A stretch of DNA of 63,067 bases, filler included, from Pirum gemmata (GCA_002812295.1; 25 parts of 25 records of this genome joined end to end with filler, not necessarily neighbours in it), one strand, 5' to 3'. Counted from the first letter of the whole stretch, positions 49,525 through 63,067 are shown. A program made the numbers and translations. The notes: generated from the letters alone by a model not told the origin.

Positions 49525-52296
49525 TAGTCCTAGCCAGAATTCGTAGAGTAGCCTAGCCTCAAACTCGAAAAAAATTAAAAATAAAAAAACAACTTTACTC
49601 GACTCGAACCTATTTTTTGGAAAGGAATAATCTCTTTTTGATATTTCAACTTTCAAGTGATCATAATATCATATAATATCCAAGTATACCATCTCTAAAA
49701 AGTAGGTCTACATAATAGTAAAATAACAATAATTTTGGAAAAACTATATTTTTATAAATTTCTAATAATAATAATAATAATAATAAACAATAATAACAAT
49801 AATAATAATATTAAAAATAACAATAGGGTTACTGATGTGATGATGTTCAGTTGTTTGTTGTTTGTTGTTTGTTGTTTGTTGTTGTTTGTTGTTTGTTGTT
49901 TGTTGTTTGTTGTTTGTTGTTTGTTGTTTGTTATTTGTTGTTTTGTTGTTGTTTGTTTGTTGTTGTTTGTTTTTTGTTTTTTGTTTGTTGTGTTTGTTTG
50001 TTGTTTGCTGTTGTTTGTTGTTTGTTGTTTGTTATTAATTTTTTTTGTTTGTTGTTTGTTGTGTTGTTTGTTTGTTCTTTGTTGTGTTGTTTGTTGTTTA
50101 TTGTGTTGTTTGTTGTTTGTTGTATTGTTTGTTGTATTGTTTGTTGTATTGTTTATTGTGTTGTTTGTTGTGTTGTTTGTTGTTTGTAAAACACCCAATG
50201 GCTAGCTCGAGCTCGAGGGCAGAACAGTAGGATAAAAAAAAATCGACTCGGTATTCTGAGACTGGTTTTCCAGGCTCGATTTTCTAATCTTTGTTTCTTT
50301 TTTCCTTCCACTATTAGGGGTCGAAAAATGGTAAGTGAAAAATAAAAGAATTTGATTTGTTGTTGTTTTTTATTATTATTATTAGAACCTATCGTTTATT
50401 TTATTATAGTCGCTCTCAATCTTTAATTTGGTATTGTTTATTTGTATAATTGAACTTTTTTATAAAATAGAATATTACTTATAAAGTACCAAATTAATTA
50501 AAAAATGTCTGATAGCTTAGCCATAATAATAATTGGGTATGTTAAATTCAGTTTTTGAACTAAAAAACATCTAGCTAAGTTCTAGCTAGCTAGCTAGCTA
50601 GCCTCCTGTAGCTCCTGTAGCTAGCCTGGTGAAAAACTAGCTAGCTAGAGTGGCTAGACCTAGCTAGTAGCTAGCTAGCTAGTGGGACTAGCTAGCCTAC
50701 CTACCTTGAACTTTTTCGGGAGTGCGGGGATATTCGAAATTTATTTGTTCGATCATTAGTATTTTTTATATAATGCTCTATCTAATAAAGATTGAACCAT
50801 GTTCGAATTGACAAATGAACTTTTTTTTTTTTTTTAAGCCAAAAAGAATTTTTTTTCGCTATAATTTTTTTCCCTCAGATTTTCAGTGTTTTTCTTATTA
50901 CTTTTTTCAGTCTTTTTTCTTGGTTCTTTTGGTTTTTTTCATTTTATTTTTAGAGTTTTTCAGTATTTTTTTAATAATCTCCTTTGTGTTATTATTATGA
51001 TATTATTATTATTATTTAATGCATCATTTTTTTATTTCTATTATTTTCATTTTTTTTATTTATCATTTTTTTATTTCTATTATTTTCATTTTTTTATTTA
51101 TCATTTTTTTATTTATTATTTTATTTTATTTTATTTTATTTTATTTTTATATTATTTTAGTTACTACACTAGAGTTTAGTTTATTTTAGTTTGTTTTATT
51201 TTAGTTTATTTTAGTTTATTTTATTTTATTTTATTTTATNNNNNNNNNNNNNNNNNNNNNNNNNNNNNNNNNNNNNNNNNNNNTTAATTAATTAANNNNN
51301 NNNNNNNNNNNNNNNNNNNNNNNNNNNNNNNNNNNNNNNACTCGTGAGAGTGGGTCAAAATTCACTGCCAAACTCAAATTGACTACTTTTTTAAAAAAAA
51401 AAACTAGGTCTCCGCGAAGGCAAAGTGATATCATACAAATAATCCTGTCATTCACAATTTCACATTTGAAGAATACTAACAAATTCAAAAATATCGCACC
51501 CATTAATATTGATATTATCACTTATGGTACCGTATTTAGAACGTATTACTATTTAAGAAACTACATATTTGGCAATAGCTTTTTAAAAATTTTGGATGAG
51601 CTAAGGGATTGGACAACTTTGTGTAGCGGGTTAGGCTTCTCCGAATTCTGCCCCTAAAACTCGACTTTTTTCTGTTTCTGGTCTGTTTGGTCTGTTCGAA
51701 ATTGATTTTTTCGAGTTTATCAATAAATACATAGATGCGAAAATTTCGAGTTTATATTTTATAGTGGTAGAATCAATCTCCTTTTTTTTTTTCAAAAAAT
51801 TAATTTTTGATCGAGTTAGAGAGGAAAAACACCATTTTGTCATTTCTCGAAAAAGGCCAAATTCTGCCCGGGCAGAATTCGGGGAAGTTATTATTAGCTC
51901 TTTCAACCGTTTCGTTTCAATATTGGTTAAAAAAACTTTTACTTTCCTTTATATAAAAGGTTATAATCTATCATAGCACTATTTCTGCTCTAACCACCAC
52001 TAGCTAGCTAGTCAGTGACACTCAGTGTAGTCACTACTAACCACTAGCTAGAGCCACTAACCAGTAGTAACCACTCCGTAAACAATGGCTCAAAACTGAA
52101 ATAAACATACCAAATTATAATAATCGGACATGTTTTAATTAATTTGGTATTTTATAATATATTTTTATTTTATAAACAAGTTCAGTTATACACTGAAATT
52201 GTACCAGATTAAAAAACAAATTAAATCAGTACCTATTTTTGGAGAAATAACAGTCAGGAGTCAGAACTTATCACCAGTTACACGTCACGCCACAGA

Positions 52297-52909
52297 CCTA
52301 ACCCTAACCCTAACCCCTAACCCTAACCCTAACCCTAATCCTAACCCTAACCCTAACCCTAACCCTAACCCTAACCCTAACCCTAACCCTAACCCTAACC
52401 CTAACCCTAACCCTAACCCTAACCCTTAGCTAGTAGACTATCTCAGGTACAACCACTGTAGTAGTATGACAGTGTAGTATGATATGTGGGGTCAATGGGC
52501 TTGGTCAATGGGGGGTCATAGGAATACCCCTCATAGGCTCATACCCCCTCGGTACCAAGGTACACTTTAAAACCACTCCTACCTTAGACTCCTAGCTAGC
52601 CGTCTCCTGCCCCCCAGTAGAAAAAAATTTACCATATACAGGAACTAAAACCTTTCTACGGTATCAACAAAGTTCCCCAGAAGACTGGGGTAGTTCCGGG
52701 GACCCTAACCCTAATCCCAACACCTAACCCCAACGCCTAACCCCAACACCTAACCCCAGCACCTAACCCTAACCATATCCCTCACTCAACCCTAATCCTA
52801 CCCCTAACCCCAATCCTAACCTAAACTAGTCCTAACCCTAACCTTAAAACCCTAGCACCTAACCCTAAAACCTAATCTTAACCTTACCCCTAACCCTAAC
52901 CCTAACCCT
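52297..52909 (+). repeat. Interstitial telomeric arrays: near-perfect (CCCTAA)n at 52297-52426 and a degenerate array at ~52703-52909
   Basis: Read directly; internal to the scaffold. Confidence 0.92.
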
Positions 52910-55604
52910 GCTTACTACTAGCTCGAGCTACGATAACTAAAGTTCCCGTTATTTTACTATATTTAATTATATGATAGAACTATAACATATTATTTATTAT
53001 TATTAATATTGTTGTTGTTATTGTTATTGTTGTTATTATTATTGTGATTATTATTATTATTGTTGTTGTTGTTGTTGTTGTTGTTGTTATTGTTGTTGTT
53101 GTTATTATATTTGCTATTTTTTAATAGCAATATATATATTCACTTATGCATTGTAAANTCTTTTTTTAGGAGTTTCTATTAACTCTATTATTTCAATATC
53201 ATCTGACAAACTTGGATCTCGTTTAGCATCGCGCGAACAACTTTTACTTTTACTTTAATAATAATAATAATAATAATAATTAATAATAATAATAAAAATA
53301 ATAATAAATAATGAGAAAAAAATATTAAATTTTGTAAAAAAAACAGTTCTAGCTATATTATATTGACCCCGGTCTAATAATAATGATAATAATAATGTAA
53401 TAGAGTCTATTATCATAAAATAAAAAAATAAAAAAAATGATAGTCTAGCTATGATACTAGCTAGCTAGGTCCAGTAGGCTGAAGAAAAAGAAACTAAATG
53501 GGCTGACTAAATGGGAAAAGAAGAGGCGATTTTTTTAATTTTTTTGGTATTATTAAATATCAAAATCTTGTTAACAAATAATTATTAAAAGATTCTATTT
53601 GGTAGCAAAATATTAAAATTGGTAACTTTTTATTCTAATCAAAGCTCCTAAATTCGTAGATCTACCCGTAGTCTAGTTAGCTAGCTAGCTAGAGCTAGAC
53701 CCGTCTAGCTACTATCATCTCAGCTATCAAGAGATAGCCACTACCCTCAGGCCACTAGCTAGTCTACCCTAAGCTAGAGACTACCCTCAGGCCACTAGCT
53801 AGTCTACCCTAAGCTAGAGACTAGACTATTAAAGCTGCCCATAAGCCACCTAGCCTAAGCCACCTAGCTAGCTAGCTAGCTAGTAGCAGACCTCTATCAT
53901 AACTAGCTACAGCTAGCTAGCCTAGCTAGACAGCGTTACTAAGGAAGAGGAGATCTTTTCCACAACATGCGGATAAAATGCGCAAATTAATATTTAGTTT
54001 TGGTTTTAAAATTAGATAAAATATCGCAGGTTTTTGCGCGTAGGAATTATGAATATGACGGAATGTGTCCCCTATGATAAATCATACAATATGAAAAAAA
54101 AAAAAAAAATGAGATAACGTTTGAAGCTACATTAGTACAATGTCATATAGCTAGACCGGTAGCTCGTTTTATCGTCCTCAATCTTTAATTTGGTATTGTT
54201 TAAGTGTATAATTGATCTTGTTTATAAAATACAACATTATGTATAAAATACCAAATTAATTAAAACATGCCAAATAGTTTAACCATAATAATAATTTGGT
54301 ATGCTTATTTCAGATTTTGAACTGGACCCCAGTACTGGTAGGTCTACTGCTGACTGGTAGTGGTAGAGGGGGGTGGCGTCTACTCGGTGTCTACTAGTCT
54401 ATAGTTTAACCATAATAATTATTTGGTAGGTAGTAGCAGATCGGGGGGGGGGGGNTAGTGACTCGATTATCTGAAATAAAAGGTACCAAATTATTATTAT
54501 GGTTAAACTATCGGACATGTTTTAATTAATTTGGTATTTTATACTTGATATTGTATTTTATAAAAAAGTTCAATTTTACACTTAAACAGAACCAAATTAA
54601 AGATTGAGAAGACAATAATAATTGTTATGAAATACAAACTAATTTATCGGTTTAGGGTTAGTGACTCGATTATCTGAAATAAAAGGTACCAAATTATTAT
54701 TATGGTTAAACTATCGGACATGTTTTAATTAATTTGGTATTTTATACTTGATATTGTATTTTATAAAAAAGTTCAATTTTACACTTAAACAGAACCAAAT
54801 TAAAGATTGAGAAGACAATAATGTTAGGATAGTATTAATATCAAACGCTAGCGCTTATTATCAACAAAAAAAGTTCAATTTTGCACTTTTAAAAACAGAA
54901 CCAAATTAAAGATTGAGAAGACAATAATAATTAATATTGTTATTATATTAATATGAAATACAAACTAATTTATCGGTTTAGGGTTTAACAAAACGCTAGC
55001 GCTTATTATCAACACTGATGTTTCTAATAAATAATAATAATGATATTAATAATAATATATTATAATAATGATAATGTTAAATTTTAATTAAAAGCGAAAA
55101 GAAACAATAAAAAAAAGTGTATACGCAATAGCAATGGCAGATTACTATTATGAATGATAATACTAGTTACTAGTACTATTACTATTACTATTATCATCAG
55201 TATAATTATTTTAAAATTTTATTAATATTACTATATATTTATATTATATATAGTATTACTTATATTAATTAATTATAATCACTGTATGTTATCATATTAT
55301 TATTACTATTATCGATATCATTATTATTATAAAAATTACCACTATAATACTATTACTATTACTATTACTATTAATATTACTATTAATATTACTATTTTAC
55401 TATTTTACTAATACTATTATTAATACTAGTATTAATACTATTACTACATATTATATAATTATTATCATTACTATTAATATTGCTACCAGTAGTAATACTA
55501 TTANGGGTTAGGGGTTGGGGGTTAGGGGTTAGGGTTAGGGTTAAGGGTTAGCGGTTAGTGTTAGGGCGAAATGTGTTAAAAAGATTTTTTCAATTAAATA
55601 TTAC

Positions 55605-55738
55605 CAAAGAATCAACGGGTATTTCTCTTTCTTGCCCATTATTGTCATAAACAATAATTACAGAATCTCGTTTAAACTCTTTAACTTTATTCATTACTTC
55701 GTCAAAGTTAACTGACTTTTTTCTAGGCAAAAAATGTG
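55605..55738 (-). CDS. Isolated internal exon of an unidentified gene
   Basis: tag|..HFLPRKKSVNFDEVMNKVKEFKRDSVIIVYDNNGQEREIPVDSL|gtaat, flanked on both sides by telomere-like arrays (55505-55566 and 55748-55876). Confidence 0.5.
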
Positions 55739-56299
55739 CTAATACACGGTTAGGGTTGGGGGGGGTAAGGGAGTTAGGCTTAGGCTTAGGCTTGAGCTTA
55801 GGCTAGGTTTAGGTTTAGGTTTAGGCTTAGGTTTAGGTTTAGGCTTAGGTTTAGGCTTAGGTTTAGGCTTAGGCTTACAGAAAAAGTAAACAGCAAGCAG
55901 CAAACAATGAACAACAACAAATTACAAATTACAAGAAATAATAGCAATAATAATAACAAACAACAAAAAATAAATTATTAATAGTAATAATGGAAATATT
56001 AATAATAATAATAATAATAATGGAAATAACGGATATAATAATAATAATAACAATAAATAACAATAAATAATAAATAATAACTAATAATAATAAATGATAA
56101 TAAATGATAAATAATAAATGATAAATGATAAATGATAGTAATAATAATANNNNNNNNNNNNNNNNNNNNNNNNNNNNNNNNNNNNNNNNNNNNTTAATTA
56201 ATTAANNNNNNNNNNNNNNNNNNNNNNNNNNNNNNNNNNNNNNNNNNNNTATATTATTATTATTATTATTATATGACATATAATATTATTATTATTAAC

Positions 56300-56334
<35 letters not shown>

Positions 56335-57611
56335 CAATAATAAAATATATAATAACACACACTAAATTAGCAATATATCAAATCTCTTTGATATATAATT
56401 TAATATATTATAATATTATGATATATACCACATTAAAACTGTAGTCTATTCATAGAAATCATTTTTTTTAAGACTTCTTTTCTAAAAACCTTTAATACTA
56501 AATAGCCAAATTATTTTTAAAAACTAGCAATTGGTTCAAAATAGAGTTTTAGCTTTTTAAAATTACTTTTAATTTGGTAGCACTTTTATTTAAATTGGAT
56601 CATTTTGATATTTTTTGGATTTTTGAGCTCATATAGCAGATATCGCCATTTTTATCCGGCTTGGTAGTTAAAAAAAAAAATTCTCTTCAATTTTTTTTAT
56701 GGCTATGGTAGCGCTCAAATACTACCCAACGCCAATTTCTGGTCAAGTACAGCTTCAAATACCCCTTACTTACCTACCCCTCGACGTTAATTTCCAGTCA
56801 AATACTACCTACCTACCTACCCCTTGACTTGGCGTATGTCTAGATCGATTTATTACAAATAATTTTAAATTTTCACATGTTTTCTTATTAAATTTTAAAA
56901 ATGGAAAATCGAGCACTACTCGAACTACTACTCGACTATTTTAGTATTAATTTTTTTAAGTATAAATTGAGTTTTTTTTTGTTATGGAGATGCGGAAAAA
57001 CATCGATTCGAGACTGGTTCGAAAATTTCGAAATTTTTCGATCTAATTTTAAGTATTGACTCAATTTTAATTTCAACTCGTGAAAATTCTTAGAAATTTC
57101 ATAGAAAAAACCTGAAACTCGAAAAAAAAAAAAAAAAAATATTTTCAAAATTGTCAGTATTAAATAATAAGCAACGAGCTGTTTGATTCGATTATGTTTT
57201 CCTGTATCTCCTATCGATACATAACATTTTGGGGTAGTTTAAAGACCGAAAAAAGGCCGAAAATAATGAAAAAGTGTTAAAAAGACCCCATTTTGGGGTA
57301 GTTTAAAGACCGAAAAAAGGCCGAAAATAATGAAAAAGTGTTAAAAAGAGATAAGAAAAAAATTCCTTGAAAAGCGCGCCGAAAAATAAAATAAAATTGA
57401 AAGGTGAAATTAAACATGCCAAATTATTTTAAATTGATACAATTTAGATTTTTTTGTATTTATTAGTTACTAATTAATATACCGATTAAACATTTCAAAG
57501 AGGTAAAATCCGAATTTTTATAATAATAAATAATATTAAAAATAAAAAGCTTATTTTATATCTGATATAATAATGCATAATTATGTAGTCTATATAAAGA
57601 CTAGTTAGTTG

Positions 57612-57652
<41 letters not shown>

Positions 57653-57835
57653 CTGATATTATTATTATTATTATATTATTTTAACTATTATTATTATTAT
57701 TGTTATTGCTATTAGTGTTATCATCATCATCATCATCATCATTATCATTACCATTACCATAATCATTATCATTGCCATTACCATTATCATTATCATTATC
57801 ATTACCATTATCATTACCATTATCATTAACATTAC

Positions 57836-57880
<45 letters not shown>

Positions 57881-57964
57881 CATCATTATCACTATCAATA
57901 TCAATATCTTTATCTTTATCTTTATTAATTTTATTTTATTAAATTTCTATAAATAATATTCATC

Positions 57965-58416
57965 ATGGTTCAAATAACTGAAGCTCTTGTGAAAAAACTT
58001 CCAAAAACAGTTAAGCATTGTTAAACTATTCAAACAACCCCACCACCAACAACTAAACGATAACCCCAACCCGAACCCCAATATTAACAACAACAACAAC
58101 AACAAACAAAAAAACAACACTAATAACAAGAACAGCTTCAACAACAATACCGACACCACTAACACTTTCAACAACAATAACGACACCACGGACACTGTTA
58201 ACAAATAACGAAAACAACTTCAACAGCAGAAACAACCCCAACAACCTCACTATTTGGCTTTGCCAACACAATAACAACCATTTTGTACTCTATAGGATCT
58301 TCATTTACATTTGGATGGTTCTATTCGTTTAGAAACTTTAATAGATCTTGCAAAAAAGCAAAACGTCACCCTTCCTGCTTATTCAGTTGAAGAGTTGAAA
58401 CAATGTGTTTTTCGAG
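57965..58416 (+). CDS. ADA: Adenosine deaminase family protein, first two exons 57965-58009 and 58296-58416
   Basis: MVQITEALVKKLPKT|DLHLHLDGSIRLETLIDLAKKQNVTLPAYSVEELKQCVFR. PK.(D/E)LH.HLDGS is the Zn-binding N-terminal motif. Confidence 0.92.
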
Positions 58417-58765
58417 GTTATTATCATTATTATTATTATTATTATTANNNNNNNNNNNNNNNNNNNNNNNNNNNNNNNNNNNNNNNNNNNNTTAATTAAT
58501 TAANNNNNNNNNNNNNNNNNNNNNNNNNNNNNNNNNNNNNNNNNNNNTAGAACACGCATGCTTTCTTAACAGCTATAACTATAACCTACATGTAACCCAC
58601 ACGCATGTTTTCTTAACAGCTATAACTATAACCTACATGTAACCCACACGCTTTTAATATCAATCATGCATGGACAAACGAGAAGGTTAAAAAAACAATA
58701 ATTAGTTCTTAAACTTTTAAGCAATTATTTAATTTAAAATTTAGGTTTTTAGAAAAAAATAATGT

Positions 58766-60706
58766 TTATCTTGTATAATGTTTAACAAATCTTAACGCCA
58801 AATAAGCCAAAATCCTCCAGGCAAATATAATAGCAACTAACACCCCTATGTTGCCCCACAAAGATAGTTCTTCCAATTCGTATCGGGCCAATAGGGCCTC
58901 CTGTGATGTACCTTTAAGAATATTGATGGCTAAGGCAGAAAAAGAATAAGTGAAAAAGGAAATATAACGAACAGTATAACGCCAATATGGTGGGATATTA
59001 CTAGCAGTTATCAAAAAACCTGCAAAAAGAAATTGGATAACCATTAGCATTGGCGCAATACCTATTGCCACGTCAATATTGGGTGCAATCGCTGAAATAA
59101 AACTGGCAAAAGCCGAAGCTACCTCGTTGATCAAAAATATTATCAACCACATGACAAAAAAATTATCAGCATAATCATCCATGAGACGATATAATCCACA
59201 ACCGAAGAAGATTGTGATGGTAAACAGCAAACTAGTCACAACTGCATAAGGCCATTCTAATACAGCTTTAGACATGAAATGTGGCAAAACGGAATAGGCC
59301 CCCCCTGCCCTTTCACGGTAAAAAACTTCACGATCAGAAATCATTGTTGAAACGTAACCAATACCATTCATTCCCCATAAAGTTACACACATAAATAAAA
59401 ACCCTAACAGATCCATATTAGGAAAAGGGTTATCGTAAACATCATAATAAATACTCAAGAAAACTATTCCCACCATTATATTTTTAGTTATTCTCATATT
59501 AACAAAATTTTTATCTCGAGACGCAGAAATAAAGCATCTTTTTGTTAATGTGATTATCTGATGAAGAAAAGAATTAGACCCATCGTCATCTCGTTCAGTT
59601 GACATGTGGTCATGCCTAGACGCTCTACGCATAGCAGATTCTTTTCGAATTTTTGAATATTTGCTGTTTTCCCATTCTAAACTAAAATCTACATTTTCAG
59701 GGCCATTAACTGTTTTCAAACCATTTCCAGTTCCACCACCAGTTACAGATAATAAAAACTCAGCTGGATTAAAACCAAATTTTTCTTCTCCGATAGGGGA
59801 AAAGCCAAGCTCTTTTAAATAAGGAGCACCGTCTTTTGCATCCCCGGTAAAAGCAAGCTTACCTTTGCTTAATAAAACCAATTGATCAAACATGGCAAAT
59901 GCCTCCGCACTTGGTTGGTGAATAGTGCATATAATGGTATGTCCATTAGTCGCTAATTTTCTTAAAACATTTACAACATCAATTGTGGTGGCACTATCTA
60001 AACCACTTGTAGGTTCGTCTAAAAATAAAATCGTTGGTCTAATAATTAACTCAATACCAATACTTAATCGCTTTAACTCCCCGCCAGAGATACCTCTATT
60101 CAATGAATTGCCCACAATAGTATCCCTGCATTTACTAATACCCATATCTTCAATGATTTGTTCTAGTCGCCGATCCTTTTCCTCACGACTGATTTTTTTT
60201 GCGGGTAATTTCAATTCGGCTGCGTAATACAAACATTCGTAAACAGTCAATGTTTCGATAACGATGTCTTGTTGTTCTACGTACCCACTAATATTTTTAA
60301 AATTCTTTGGCCGTTCTTTCCCATCAAATAAAACTTCACCGAATAATTCACCAGCAGTTTTTCTTCCAGCAACCACATCCATTAGTGTTGATTTACCTGC
60401 CCCAGAAGAACCCATCAACGCAGTCATTTTACCAGCAGGGAAAGACAGTGTAATATCCTCCAACAATTGTTTTTCTTTGTATTTTGTTCGAAACAACTTA
60501 CTGTTCTCTTCATCTTCCACTTGAACCAAATAAGAAACATTATCTAGTGTTATGTCATAACCTTGTACACTCCCGGTAAGGTTATCGTCAGATTTTTTTG
60601 TGAAATCAGTAGCTAACTGGTTCATCGATATTAAAGTATTACCATGCGTGTCTAGTTTCTCACTGGAGTTTAGTAAATCTATTTCCTTTTCTGTTGAAGA
60701 GTCCAT
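58766..60706 (-). CDS. ABCG (White/BCRP-type) half transporter, 646 aa, intronless
   Basis: NBD-then-TMD order; Walker A GSSGAGKST, signature ISGGELKRLSIG, Walker B LFLDEPTSGLDS, H-loop TIHQPS; C-terminal ABC2 membrane domain (F.RE...G.Y, IP.YW). Confidence 0.97.
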   Translation of the reverse strand: MDSSTEKEIDLLNSSEKLDTHGNTLISMNQLATDFTKKSDDNLTGSVQGYDITLDNVSYLVQVEDEENSKLFRTKYKEKQLLEDITLSFPAGKMTALMGSSGAGKSTLMDVVAGRKTAGELFGEVLFDGKERPKNFKNISGYVEQQDIVIETLTVYECLYYAAELKLPAKKISREEKDRRLEQIIEDMGISKCRDTIVGNSLNRGISGGELKRLSIGIELIIRPTILFLDEPTSGLDSATTIDVVNVLRKLATNGHTIICTIHQPSAEAFAMFDQLVLLSKGKLAFTGDAKDGAPYLKELGFSPIGEEKFGFNPAEFLLSVTGGGTGNGLKTVNGPENVDFSLEWENSKYSKIRKESAMRRASRHDHMSTERDDDGSNSFLHQIITLTKRCFISASRDKNFVNMRITKNIMVGIVFLSIYYDVYDNPFPNMDLLGFLFMCVTLWGMNGIGYVSTMISDREVFYRERAGGAYSVLPHFMSKAVLEWPYAVVTSLLFTITIFFGCGLYRLMDDYADNFFVMWLIIFLINEVASAFASFISAIAPNIDVAIGIAPMLMVIQFLFAGFLITASNIPPYWRYTVRYISFFTYSFSALAINILKGTSQEALLARYELEELSLWGNIGVLVAIIFAWRILAYLALRFVKHYTR

Positions 60707-60711
60707 TTTTG

Positions 60712-60742
<31 letters not shown>

Positions 60743-60865
60743 NNNNNNNNNNNNNNNNNNNNNNNNNNNNNNNNNNNNNNNNNNNNTTAATTAATTAANN
60801 NNNNNNNNNNNNNNNNNNNNNNNNNNNNNNNNNNNNNNNNNNATTATTATATAATATGTAATTAG

Positions 60866-62826
60866 GTACCACTGCTGCTTACATTTTCTCCCTTTGTACA
60901 ATACTTATCAACATAATCAAAAGAATCCCTTTAAAACAAGAACTGCCGCAAACATATTTTGAGGTTTCTGCTTTGTTAATCTGTTTTATTTTTTTGGGCC
61001 GAGTGGTGGAACAGCGCTCGAAAATACGTACTTCAGAAAGTATTCAAAACCTTATGGGACTTCAAGTGAAAACGGCAGTCTTATTAGAAAAGCACGTGGA
61101 TGCTAATGGCAAAACACTTGTACAAGAAGAAACTATACCGATGGAGTTGGTACAGAGAGGCGATCACTTGAAGATTTTTCCTGGTGCTCGAATTCCAATT
61201 GATGGTGTTATAGTAGAAGGGAAAGGAGAAGTGGACGAATCCATGGTAACTGGAGAGTCCATGCTTGTGCCTAAAGCTATTGGTAGTGAAGTTATTGGTG
61301 GTACTATTAACCAAACTTCGGCAATGGAAATGCTCGTTTCGAAAGGTGTCCATGAAACTTTGTTATCGCAAATAGTTGAACTTGTTGAAAATGCTCAAAC
61401 CAGTAAAGCTGACGTACAAAGAGTAGCAGATGTGATTGCTTCTTATTTTACCCTGGGTATTATTTCTTTAGCTACCATTATGTTTTTGGTGTGGTTTTTC
61501 TTAGCGTATTATGGTGTGGTGAAGATGGATTCTCCTTCGAGTACCCCCTTAGGGTTTGCGCTTCGTTTTGCTATTACCATTCTAGTCATTAGTTGTCCTT
61601 GTGCTATAAGTTTAGCGGTACCTACTGTTGTTATGGTAGCAACCGGCGTGGGTGCTCGTATCGGTTTATTAGTTCGGGGTGGTCAAATATTAGAAAGCTT
61701 ACATAAAGCGAATGTATATGTTTTTGACAAAACGGGCACTTTAACTTCTGGTAAACCTAAAGTAGTTGATACATTGCTTTTAGGGAATGATGTCGACCAA
61801 AGTAGATTCTGGACTTTGGTTGCGTCGGCGGAGAGTAATAGCGAACACCCTTTGGGTCAAGCCCTTGTCGAATATGGCGATCAAATGAATTGCCCTATTC
61901 TATCGGTTTCTGATTTTAAAAACGAGGTTGGTTGTGGAATAACTTGTGTTGTTGATGGAGAAAAAGTGTATATTGGTACTTTGCGTTGGTTAAACCGTGA
62001 AAACATTGATACTAACGGCTCATTTTCTAGGTTTGTGGATATTAAACAAGCTGATGGCTGTACTGTCGTCTACGTTGCCATAGCAACAACTTTACGAGGA
62101 ATTGTATGTCTTAGAGATTCACCTCGTCCTGAAGCTAAGTTTGTGGTACAAGAGTTACAAAGAAAAGGCCATGAAGTGTGGATGATAACTGGAGATCAAT
62201 TAGGCACTGCTAATAGTGTCGCACGTGAACTTGGAATAGATGAGTTTTCTGTTATTGCCGAAGCTACTCCCGAAGTGAAAATCAACAAAATCACCATGGC
62301 TCAGACTAATGGTAATATCATTACTTTTGTTGGTGATGGCATAAACGATGCCCCAGCGTTGGCAGCAGCTGACGTTGGTATTGCCGTTGGTGCTGGCACT
62401 GATGTGGCCTTAAGTACCGCTGATATAATTTTAGTAAAAGATGATTTGCGTGATATTTTAAATGCTAAAGACCTTGCCGATACAACTGTTTCTCGAATAA
62501 AATGGAATTTCGTTTGGGGGTTCGTATATAACGTCATAATGATGCCCATTGCTTCGGGTGCCTTGTATGTAGCTGTGGGGTTTGCAATTCCACCAGCTTT
62601 TGCTGGTTTGTCGGAGCTGTTGTCTTCTGTACCTGTAATTTTAATGTCGTTGTTATTGAACTTTTTTAAACCAAGATATAACAAGCAAACCACAAAATCT
62701 ACGTATACTACTACTACCTATGGTACTAATAGAAGTAATGAATTGGTAGATTTAGCTGATGATGATGATTATGATTATGATGAGACAACTTCGTTGCTTA
62801 AAACTAAAAGAGAGAATATAGTTTAG
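60866..62826 (+). CDS. P1B-type heavy-metal P-type ATPase, long terminal exon (N-terminus missing)
   Basis: AG acceptor at 60864-60865 extends the ORF with (G)TTAAYIFS..TYFEVSALL. Motifs TGES, CPC, DKTGT, SEHPL, TGD, GDGIND and TM7 YN are present. Confidence 0.96.
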
Positions 62827-63067
62827 GTTGATGTTTTAAAATAGATTTAATAAGAAACAGAGCAAAAAATATATATTTTTTATTTTGATTCATCATTTTA
62901 TAATTAAATTTTTGTTTTATATATGATGTAGTTTTGGTTGTTCTTTTGAAGAAAAAATGCTATGATCATATATCATTAGATTTTATTATTATTTTATTAT
63001 TGAACTTTTTGGTATTATGATACGATATTAATTAAAAATTTAACAAAAAAAAAAAACGAAAAACCTT

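Noticed and set aside
54173..54860. Large palindrome and 203-bp direct duplication of family D
   Set aside because: An N join at 54455 separates the arms, and the near-perfect duplicate starts at that join, so an assembly artefact cannot be excluded.
2241..58277. Dozens of ORF-track entries rich in poly-L/I/V/C/M/H or RV/GL/NP dipeptides
   Set aside because: Translations of microsatellites, telomere-like arrays, or shadow frames of real genes.
2197..60842. Regularly spaced identical TTAATTAATTAA elements about every 2.3 kb
   Set aside because: Artificial six-frame-stop linkers padded by exactly 44 N on each side; not a biological repeat or CRISPR-like array.
57965..62826. Apparent cluster of adenosine deaminase, ABCG and heavy-metal ATPase (detoxification island)
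   Set aside because: Each gene is on a different scaffold; the adjacency comes from concatenation.
1..63067. Non-standard genetic code, Fanzor/TnpB, or giant-virus insertion
   Set aside because: Conserved genes translate and terminate normally with the standard code. No RuvC/zinc-ribbon TnpB motifs or viral hallmark genes were seen.

Overview
This window is not contiguous genome. It is about 25 short scaffolds (mostly ~2.1-2.2 kb; three of 3.2-4.8 kb) from a fragmented, very AT-rich, intron- and microsatellite-rich eukaryote. They are joined by 24 identical 100-bp artificial linkers (44N-TTAATTAATTAA-44N), so adjacency between scaffolds means nothing. TTAGGG repeats and an animal-like GDP-fucose synthase suggest an opisthokont-like protist, but the taxon cannot be fixed from sequence alone. 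Most ORF-track entries are microsatellite shadows. Manual splicing recovers gene fragments the track misses or only partly shows: a ricin-B lectin domain, an RS-domain protein, ketopantoate reductase, an SLC35F-type transporter, GDP-L-fucose synthase, GLE1 and adenosine deaminase. There is also an intronless ABCG transporter, a P1B heavy-metal ATPase, two orphan secreted/membrane proteins and an LRR pseudogene. Non-coding DNA is dominated by MITEs, dispersed repeats and interstitial telomere-like arrays. The most unusual observations are: (1) a tandem array of an unfamiliar C-x4-C-x4-H-x4-C zinc-knuckle-like module; (2) a pervasive signature of micro-duplications and palindromic insertions, with (CTAG)n tracts beside MITEs that have 3-bp TAG target-site duplications; (3) telomere-type and TTAGNN hexamer arrays filling spliceosomal introns; (4) a Pca1-like Glu in TM8 of the P1B ATPase; (5) a secreted protein with a duplicated 4-Cys domain on an E/K/A stalk. 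No rRNA, tRNA, CRISPR array or intact transposase was recognised.
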